Of a stretch of DNA of 43,619 nucleotides, positions 1-6,766 are shown piece by piece (within the stretch, counting starts at the first letter, position 1; each line of letters starts with the position of its first letter). This stretch comes from Sphingobacteriia bacterium. GTDB taxonomy: Bacteria; Bacteroidota; Bacteroidia; Chitinophagales; Chitinophagaceae. Made by a program: the position numbers and the translations under genes. The notes beneath the pieces are model-generated. The model was given only the letters and a program-made list of their open reading frames with translations. It did not search any database and was not told where the DNA came from. Location of the stretch: NCBI GenBank assembly GCA_947460365.1, contig CANHJH010000001.1, positions 1-43,619 of the forward strand. The letters are read 5' to 3'.

Positions 1-2
1 CA

Positions 3-314
3 GTCAATTATATTGAGCATTATGGATTGCGCAGAAAAAAAACGCATGAAGGCTATGAACGAACATTGCCTATTCACTCATGGAACTCTAATCACCCGGT
101 AGGTAGACTCATACTTTTAGAACTTTCTCGCCATTCAGATCACCATTATATGGCTAATAGAAAATACCAAATACTAAGGCATTTCGAAGAAAGTCCACAA
201 ATGCCAACAGGCTATCCGGGTATGTTATTGTTGGCACTATTACCTCCATTATGGTTTAAAATTATGCACCAAAGAATTAAATGCTGTGAGCAATTACAAA
301 TCCCCAACGTGTAA
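3..314 (+). CDS. alkB: Alkane 1-monooxygenase (AlkB), 3' part; gene begins before the window
   Basis: The frame from base 3 reads VNYIEHYGLR (AlkB NYxEHYG motif), then HSWNSNH, LELSRHSDHH (His box) and PQMPTGYPGMLLLALLPPLWF, all typical of the AlkB C-terminal half. Confidence 0.88.
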   Translation, partial: VNYIEHYGLRRKKTHEGYERTLPIHSWNSNHPVGRLILLELSRHSDHHYMANRKYQILRHFEESPQMPTGYPGMLLLALLPPLWFKIMHQRIKCCEQLQIPNV

Positions 315-395
315 GTTTAAATGAATTAACATCCCTTTCGTTTATAGCAAAAAATTAGGTATAGGAATCACTCAATCAAATCCTATTGTAAGAAT

Positions 396-590
396 AAAAC
401 ATATAGAATCATCATATTGTTATTACAGATTATAGCAACGTTTATTTATGCTATTTATCTTTATCCTACTCTTCCTAGCTCTATTCCAACACATTAAAAT
501 ATCTATGCTGAAGCAGATTAATGGGGTTCAAAAGGCAGCATTTTCCTTTTGCCACTTATTTTAGGTGGAGTAAGTTTTTTGGTTCTCTAA
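396..590 (+). pseudogene. DUF1648/SdpI-like membrane protein remnant
   Basis: Manual translation KTYRIIILLLQIIATFIYAIYLYPTLPSSIPTH*NIYAEAD*WGSKGSIFLLPLILGGVSFLVL* matches the DUF1648 pattern LPxxIPxHxNxxGxADxWGxK; in-frame TAA at 495 and 519; no start codon. Confidence 0.7.
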
Positions 591-599
591 TGATAAATT

Positions 600-1025
600 C
601 TAATTCCTTATTTTTTTAAATAGTTTCATTCCTTTATTAAAGGCTTCCGCTTCCCATTCTCTATCTTCATAGGGAATATCATTGTAGCTATAATTTACCC
701 CATTCCATAGTACAATACCATTGGCTTTTTTAATTAATGATTTTGTTTCATATTGATAAATATGAATTAGTTCATGACATATTGCTATTTTTGCTTCTTC
801 TAAGGTTTGATTTTTTCGGAGATATATATCATACACTCCATTACTACCAGTTAATAATGCTTCTGCATCTGATGCTACTTTAACATCTTCAATATAAAAA
901 ATATTTACAAGTACATCTATACCTAAAGCAGTGGTTCCTTTATTTACAATACTATCTAATACTTTTTGTGAATAACACTTTGATATAATAGTTATAAAAA
1001 TGAATAAGAATAATATTTGCTTCAT
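600..1025 (-). CDS. Putative secreted HExxH zinc metallopeptidase (small zincin)
   Basis: Hydrophobic N-terminus; AICHELIHIYQY (HExxH) and downstream PYEDREWEAEAF supplying a candidate third ligand Glu. Confidence 0.65.
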   Translation of the reverse strand: MKQILFLFIFITIISKCYSQKVLDSIVNKGTTALGIDVLVNIFYIEDVKVASDAEALLTGSNGVYDIYLRKNQTLEEAKIAICHELIHIYQYETKSLIKKANGIVLWNGVNYSYNDIPYEDREWEAEAFNKGMKLFKKIRN

Positions 1026-1094
1026 CTGTCAATCGATAATAATTGCTCTTCATTATTTATTTAGAATCTCGCTTACCTGTTCAATTGCTAGTTG

Positions 1095-1349
1095 TTAATA
1101 GAACTTATAGTAGAAGAATTATTATTAGCGTTAGTCCATTTTTAAATCATCGTATTATAATCCGGGAGTAAGATTATTCTTACTTGATATATAATAAAAC
1201 ACCATCCCACCAGTGAAATTTTTCATAGGTGGGATGGTGGATTCGATTGAAATTCTTATTAAATGAAAACCCTTGTAACTCTATGCAACTATAACTATTG
1301 CATCAGCATTAATGATTTTGGTATCTCTTCCAATTTATATCAGCGCAAT
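1095..1349 (-). pseudogene. Degraded paralog of the 3691..4251 gene
   Basis: Minus strand reads I*IGRDTKIINADAIVIVA*SYKGFHLIRISIESTIPPMKNFTGGMVFYYISSKNNLTPGL*YDD/KWTNANNNSS versus IKIGENPKSINADAILEIESVNKGFLLPRISLVSTTVSAPLKKFTGGMVVYNTSNSNDLTPGLYYCDGTKWIKASNTTSS; three stops and one frameshift. Confidence 0.85.
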
Positions 1350-1441
1350 AATGGGGGGGGGAATTCTTGATACGCTAAAAGGCAGAAAGAATGTTTGGTT
1401 TATTACAAGCTATACTTTTAACTTTAAAAAATGATTAAAAT

Positions 1442-1640
1442 TTAAAGTGCAATGCTATAGTAATTTAAATCAGTCCTAGATGATGGCTGTCAATTTAATG
1501 GATGATTATAATCAGTGTTTTAAACTAAATTTTAAAAAATGATCGGATGATTCTGTAAGGAATGAAATTATTATTCCTGATGTTTAGATGCTTTAAAACT
1601 ACAGTTAATTAAAATACGAATAATACGCTTTGTTTTATGC
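1442..1640. repeat. Eroded copy of the 5285-5440 upstream region, including the start of the 135-bp repeat
   Basis: Colinear blocks: ttaaagtgc (1442/5285), 25 of 35 matches at 1480-1514 versus 5310-5344, tacagttaat (1600/5397), tttgtt; weak because the sequence is AT-rich. Confidence 0.45.
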
Positions 1641-1699
1641 TTCTATAAATTGCATGTATCAATTGAAGACAGCAATAAATAAATGGCAACAACTATTGT

Positions 1700-2779
1700 T
1701 TACCAATATTCTAGAGTTGCCCCTGCTTTAGCAACAATGGCTCTATTGCTGTTTTCACTTGCGAATCTTATTTGTACTGTTCCATTTGAAGAAGGTTTGA
1801 TAACCCCTTGAATAATGGCAATGTTTGCGGTAAGACTTGAATTAGTAGAACAGTTACTTGGCAAATTAAATGCACTACAATAATTAACAACTTCAGGATT
1901 GTCGATATACCGGCTAACATAACTGATGAATGAGGTGGCCGGTCCGTTAATTGTCCAGCGACAACCGTTGGTGGTTTGCACACTGGTATAAGGAATCATG
2001 GCATAAAAACGATAAAAAATACCCGCTAATACATTAAATGATAATCCTGTTACATCTATTAATGTATTTGCCGTTACATTGTTGTTGGTTACATCTGCAG
2101 TTAATGTTACCAATGTTCTGCTGAAGTTTTGGGTAGGTTCGGCAAATACGCCATCTGCCCTTAAAAAGTTAGTTGTTCCACCACCACTCGCAGGCACTAC
2201 TCCATTTAATTTAGCTGTAAAAGTATTTAACATGGCGGTAGCTTGAGTAGTAGTTAAATCTTCCACATTACCTAAACCTTCAGTATTTCTTCCCTTAAAT
2301 ACTTTCGAGGAAATCTGGGTAAGCATTCCATTGTTAATAACATTTGCCCCAATTTCTGTTGCATTGCCAACGGAAGTTACAGGTCCGGTAAGATTTGCAT
2401 TGGTTGTTACGGTTGCTGCATTGCCTGTAGTGTTTTGATTGAGTATAGGAAAAACACTTACATCTGCTATATTCATCAGCAAATTTGAAATTATTTGAGA
2501 AGTAATGTTCCCCTCTGCATCGGCTGTTAGTATTTTCGTATTAACGGTATTGGTTCCCAACCCTTCAAATCTAATGGTACCGTTTGTGTGCAATAGTGCA
2601 GTAGGATTAGTCGTTCCAATCCCAATTTTCCCTATATTTTTATTGTAAATATCATTTCCACTTATCTTCCATTTACTACTATCAATATTGTATTTAGTTC
2701 CTTTTTGACTTACAACAATTTGTCCAATACTTTTCAATGTAAACGTTGATAAGATTAGTAGTATCCAAGTTTTTCTCAT
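1700..2779 (-). CDS. Secreted fibre/adhesin-like protein with tail-fibre-like segments
   Basis: Signal peptide; IGIGTTNP motif; NQNTTGNAATVTTNANLTGPVTSVGNAT and GVVPASGGGTTNFLRADG segments; beta-rich C-terminal domain ending LEYW. Confidence 0.6.
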   Translation of the reverse strand: MRKTWILLILSTFTLKSIGQIVVSQKGTKYNIDSSKWKISGNDIYNKNIGKIGIGTTNPTALLHTNGTIRFEGLGTNTVNTKILTADAEGNITSQIISNLLMNIADVSVFPILNQNTTGNAATVTTNANLTGPVTSVGNATEIGANVINNGMLTQISSKVFKGRNTEGLGNVEDLTTTQATAMLNTFTAKLNGVVPASGGGTTNFLRADGVFAEPTQNFSRTLVTLTADVTNNNVTANTLIDVTGLSFNVLAGIFYRFYAMIPYTSVQTTNGCRWTINGPATSFISYVSRYIDNPEVVNYCSAFNLPSNCSTNSSLTANIAIIQGVIKPSSNGTVQIRFASENSNRAIVAKAGATLEYW

Positions 2780-2791
2780 TTAACATGGTTT

Positions 2792-2825
2792 ATTTGGCCA
2801 ATAACTTTTAAGTTATTGGCCAAAT
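2792..2825. terminator. Perfect intercistronic inverted repeat (terminator, attenuator or mRNA-stabilising hairpin)
   Basis: atttggccaataactt-tt-aagttattggccaaat, 16-bp arms, between co-directional genes. Confidence 0.6.
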
Positions 2826-2851
2826 TGGTTATAAGAAAATATTTTATTGGG

Positions 2852-3676
2852 TTATTTAACCCACTGTACTTCAATTAAATCACCAGCAACCACCATGGCA
2901 GTAATTGAAGAAGTTAAATTGATTTGTCCTACTCCTGTAGTATAATCTGCAACTGGTATAAGTTTCACCCCGTTTCTATAGACCCATATTTTTGAAACAG
3001 CAGAAGGCATACTCGTTACGGTATAGGTAGATTGATTGGATGTAGCAGTAAAATAATCATTGCCACTTTGCAACAACACTTCAGCAGTTACTCTTTTCAG
3101 TGTGCCATCTGATGAGGAAACTACCAGGCTGTCAGTCGCAAGACTACCACTCTGTAATCCAGCTATTTTTAAATTGTTGGTCGCATCGGTTCCAATGGTA
3201 GTAGGCTTAGTGAGTGTGCCACCCAACTCTACTAAATTACCCGTCTTGGTTAGTCCATTCCCAAAGCTTAAAGCGTTGAAGAGAGACGATGCGGAAATAA
3301 ATTTAATTTGACCGGATGTTGGGTTCACTACCATTACACTATCGTTGGTATTTGATCCGGCTTGTAAACCGGTAATTTGTAAAAAATTACTGGCACTCGT
3401 TTCAATGGTAGTTACTTTGTTTAAAACTCCACCTAACTCAATTGTCTGACCATTTTTAGTCAATCCGTTGTTGGCCATTTTAGCAAAGCTACTGTCACCA
3501 ATTTGTTTGGGCGTTACATACAATAAAGTGCTATCAGACTTTGTGATAACAGCTGTAGTGCTAGAAATCACCCATTTGATGTTACCTTTTCGGTCAACAA
3601 CGTTGGTACTGTCTTTTTGTGCAGATGCTGCAAAGCTGATTGCTACTGCAATCGAAAATAATACTAGTTTTTTCAT
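2852..3676 (-). CDS. Secreted hypothetical protein with two internal repeats and a C-terminal YRNG domain
   Basis: Signal peptide (ASA-Q); two ~65-aa repeats NGLTKxGxxxELGGxLxKxTTI...GLQxGS...DS; C-terminus FTATSNQSTY...VYRNGVKL...AGDLIEVQWVK. Confidence 0.7.
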   Translation of the reverse strand: MKKLVLFSIAVAISFAASAQKDSTNVVDRKGNIKWVISSTTAVITKSDSTLLYVTPKQIGDSSFAKMANNGLTKNGQTIELGGVLNKVTTIETSASNFLQITGLQAGSNTNDSVMVVNPTSGQIKFISASSLFNALSFGNGLTKTGNLVELGGTLTKPTTIGTDATNNLKIAGLQSGSLATDSLVVSSSDGTLKRVTAEVLLQSGNDYFTATSNQSTYTVTSMPSAVSKIWVYRNGVKLIPVADYTTGVGQINLTSSITAMVVAGDLIEVQWVK

Positions 3677-3690
3677 GAGATTTTTTGAAT

Positions 3691-4251
3691 TTATAATAAT
3701 TGAATAATCCTAATTTGATCTCCTTGTTTACAAGGAACTTCTGAAATGATGGAGTTGCTGTTATTCAACGTGCATGATATCATGATGCCATTTCTGTATA
3801 GCAATATTTTATTGATATCGGTAATGGTAGAAGGTGTTTTGAATATAGTTTCACCATTAGTTGCCACAATTTCTATTTTTGATTGCACGTTGTTAAGCGG
3901 ATTGGATGATGTTGGTGAGGATGATGTAGTATTACTCGCTTTAATCCATTTAGTACCATCACAATAATATAATCCGGGGGTAAGATCATTGCTGTTTGAA
4001 GTATTGTAAACCACCATGCCACCAGTGAATTTTTTCAATGGTGCGCTTACAGTGGTAGACACAAGCGAAATTCTTGGAAGAAGAAACCCCTTGTTTACCG
4101 ACTCAATTTCTAATATCGCATCTGCGTTGATGGATTTAGGATTCTCCCCAATTTTGATCTGTGAAACAACAGAAGGACAACTGCCTAGTATACATACTAG
4201 TAGTAGCAATAAATAATTTTGTTTAGATTTATTTATATTAAATATGCGCAT
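3691..4251 (-). CDS. Secreted hypothetical protein (QIKIG...LEIES.NKGFLLPRI family) with a C-terminal YRNG domain
   Basis: Signal peptide; Bacteroidota-type N-domain with GMVVYNT and PGLYY; C-domain ATNGETIF...LYRNGI...GDQIRI resembles that of 2852..3676. Confidence 0.7.
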   Translation of the reverse strand: MRIFNINKSKQNYLLLLLVCILGSCPSVVSQIKIGENPKSINADAILEIESVNKGFLLPRISLVSTTVSAPLKKFTGGMVVYNTSNSNDLTPGLYYCDGTKWIKASNTTSSSPTSSNPLNNVQSKIEIVATNGETIFKTPSTITDINKILLYRNGIMISCTLNNSNSIISEVPCKQGDQIRIIQLL

Positions 4252-4254
4252 AGT

Positions 4255-5232
4255 CTATAGTTTTACAAAACGCTTACCGGTTATCATCCTTTCTCCTTTA
4301 TCACTCATTAAATCAATATAGTAACCGCCCTTCGTTAAATTCATTACGTTAATTGGAATAGTATTGATGCCATTATTGATTTGAACGGATTGAAGTAGTA
4401 CTTTTTGACCAAGAACGTTGTAGATAATTAATTCAGCCGCACCTGTATAGTATGAATTAAATCGGAGTTGGATGTTTTCATATTGACTAACCGGATTAGG
4501 AAAGAGAATTGCATTATAGTTATTACTTGTTTTGCCAATTGCAATAGAAGAAATGCCTGATACCATTGTACCGCTGATGCTACAGTCTTCTATATTGCCT
4601 GTTGCAGTTGGTCTTCCGCTTAAGTCAATCCAATTATTGCCATTCCATCCAACCAATCTAAGTTCGGATGGCTTTGCAAAATCAGTCATATTAGGCATGC
4701 TCACCGTTATGGTTAAACCCACCCCATTTCCAGTTGTGCCGAATCCAAGATTGTTTCCTTCACCAATTTGCCAATCCCATTGACCGGATTTACTCACTAA
4801 AACAATTGGTTCCTTTACAGATGCAATAGAATGAAAGCCTGCATAAGGAGGCGTAGGATCACGATAGTAAGATGGGTCACCTTCCATCCATGCAGTTGCA
4901 TAAGCGTCCGTTATATATTCAGGTTTTGAAATGGCCAGGGTTCTTAGATCATAGCTACTTCCAACCGGAAATACAAAAGAAGTATTGCCATACTTTTTTA
5001 CGTAACCGTCAAAATTAATGCTATCAGAATACCCAATATAAATTGCATTTCCAAAAGAGCTAAAGTATCCCGGGTTAAAGGATCTGTCAGATGTCCATAT
5101 AGTTGTATTGTTTACTGCAATATCAACCGTATCAAAGTTTAATAATTCTCCACCTGCAAATACATGATTGGATTGAGCATGTGCATTAACAATAAGCAAT
5201 ATTTGTGTAGCAGTTATAAATAAAAATTTCAT
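4255..5232 (-). CDS. T9SS type A sorting-domain protein
   Basis: Signal peptide (AHA-Q); N-domain with DGYVKKYGNTSFVFPVG; C-terminal LFPNP...IYNVLGQKV...GGYY...KRFVKL typical of the T9SS CTD. Confidence 0.82.
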   Translation of the reverse strand: MKFLFITATQILLIVNAHAQSNHVFAGGELLNFDTVDIAVNNTTIWTSDRSFNPGYFSSFGNAIYIGYSDSINFDGYVKKYGNTSFVFPVGSSYDLRTLAISKPEYITDAYATAWMEGDPSYYRDPTPPYAGFHSIASVKEPIVLVSKSGQWDWQIGEGNNLGFGTTGNGVGLTITVSMPNMTDFAKPSELRLVGWNGNNWIDLSGRPTATGNIEDCSISGTMVSGISSIAIGKTSNNYNAILFPNPVSQYENIQLRFNSYYTGAAELIIYNVLGQKVLLQSVQINNGINTIPINVMNLTKGGYYIDLMSDKGERMITGKRFVKL

Positions 5233-5377
5233 TAATTGGATTTCATGATTTTAACGTTCGTAATTGTTAAAACGGAGTACAATGTTAAAGTGCTTGGAAT
5301 GCAAATGAAATGACTGTTGTCAATATATAGCATGATACAAATCAAAAAAATTACTGTATCGGTCAGGATAGATATTG

Positions 5378-5512
5378 ATTAATATCAATGCTCTAATACA
5401 GTTAATCTAATCCTCAATATTCTTATTTGTTCATTGAATACCTTCTGATATGCTTGCTCCACATACATTTTCATTAGTTGTATACCATAGTAGAGGTGTA
5501 CAGTTATTGAAC
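5378..5512. repeat. 135-bp dispersed direct repeat, copy A
   Basis: Ungapped match to 12770-12904, 115 of 135 identical by manual alignment. Confidence 0.92.
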
Positions 5513-5555
5513 TAACAATAAGTACTTATAATTTCTTAAGCGCTCTTTTTTTGAT

Positions 5556-5563
5556 TATATTTG
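5556..5563 (+). promoter_or_regulatory. Bacteroidota -7 promoter element
   Basis: TATATTTG fits TAnnTTTG, about 95 nt upstream of the 5659 start. Confidence 0.45.
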
Positions 5564-5658
5564 AAATGAGTTGACTAAATACAATTTTACGAATCTGCAT
5601 CTATCTTGGTCTACTGATTGCTAAACTAATTCAATAAATATCAGGCACACTCGAAAAT

Positions 5659-6657
5659 ATGAAAAGACGAACCGCTGTAAAATCAATGCTATTAGCTCCT
5701 CTAGCTTCTATATTGCCAACTTTTTTATGGTCATTTCCTAAAAAGAATAGCCTATCAGTTGATCAAAAGCGGGGCGCATTTTCAATAGATGGGAACAAGA
5801 TTAGGTTTACCCATCCAGATATTACCCAACCATTTAAAGTAACGATGATAGCTGATACCCATTTGTTTAGGGATGATGAACGAGGAGTGGCATTTACCGG
5901 ATATAGTAAGCGTATGTCTAAAGCATATAACCAAACCAAACACTTTCTTACAGGCAAGGAGATGAATCCAGAAATTGGTTTTGATGAAACTTTACAAATA
6001 GCAGTAGAACAGCAGAGTTCATTATTAGCACTTGTTGGAGATATTTTTAGTTTTCCATCGGAGGCAGCGATAGACTGGGTGTTAGAAAAATTGAATAAAA
6101 TAAACATACCTTTTGTGTATACAGCAGGCAATCATGATTGGCATTATGAAGGGATGGAGGGAACATCAGCGTATTTAAGAGATACCTGGATTAACAAACG
6201 GCTTGCTCCTTTATATCAAGGAAGAAATCCCTTGATGCAAACCATTGAAATCAATGAGATTAACATAGTGGTGATAGATAATTCTACTTATGAAATTAAC
6301 GAAGATCAGTTGCAATATCTACAGCAATCATTGTCAACAAAAAAACCTACTGTATTAATGTTGCACATTCCATTATATGCGCCGGGAAGAAATGTAAGTT
6401 TTGGATGTGGTAATCCAGAGTGGAGTGCAAAAACCGACAAGGGTTACTTGCTTGAAAGAAGATTACCATGGCGAGAAAATGGCCATACCAAAACTACGAT
6501 GAAATTTTACGAAGCAGTTTTCACTTCTAAAAATTTGCTGGGTGTACTTGCAGGACATATTCACAATCAATCCATTGACATTATCAATGGGATTCCTCAA
6601 ATTGTTACTGAGTCCAATGCTGAAGGAGGTTTTCTACAGTTAAGTTTTTCTTCTTAA
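5659..6657 (+). CDS. Calcineurin-like metallophosphoesterase, probable Tat export
   Basis: MKRRTAVK leader; motifs ADTH, VGD, GNHD, HIP and GHIH. Confidence 0.85.
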   Translation: MKRRTAVKSMLLAPLASILPTFLWSFPKKNSLSVDQKRGAFSIDGNKIRFTHPDITQPFKVTMIADTHLFRDDERGVAFTGYSKRMSKAYNQTKHFLTGKEMNPEIGFDETLQIAVEQQSSLLALVGDIFSFPSEAAIDWVLEKLNKINIPFVYTAGNHDWHYEGMEGTSAYLRDTWINKRLAPLYQGRNPLMQTIEINEINIVVIDNSTYEINEDQLQYLQQSLSTKKPTVLMLHIPLYAPGRNVSFGCGNPEWSAKTDKGYLLERRLPWRENGHTKTTMKFYEAVFTSKNLLGVLAGHIHNQSIDIINGIPQIVTESNAEGGFLQLSFSS

Positions 6658-6766
6658 TTAATATTTTCATACAACATCTTGCTTATTTTAAATTACATAA
6701 TACGCTGTAAATTTCTAAATATTCATTTCATTAAATTTTCTTCCTCTTTAGAAATACATATACTCT

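Noticed and set aside
1200-1239. Hairpin caccatcccacc...ggtgggatggtg as a terminator or ncRNA
   Set aside because: It lies inside the decayed paralog (TIPP...GGMV codons) and has no U tract; later co-option cannot be excluded but nothing supports it
1353-1361. G9 run as a phase-variation switch
   Set aside because: The adjacent reading frame carries several independent stops, so slippage could not restore it
1700-4251. Prophage tail module
   Set aside because: All three proteins have signal peptides, and no capsid, terminase, lysis or integrase genes are nearby
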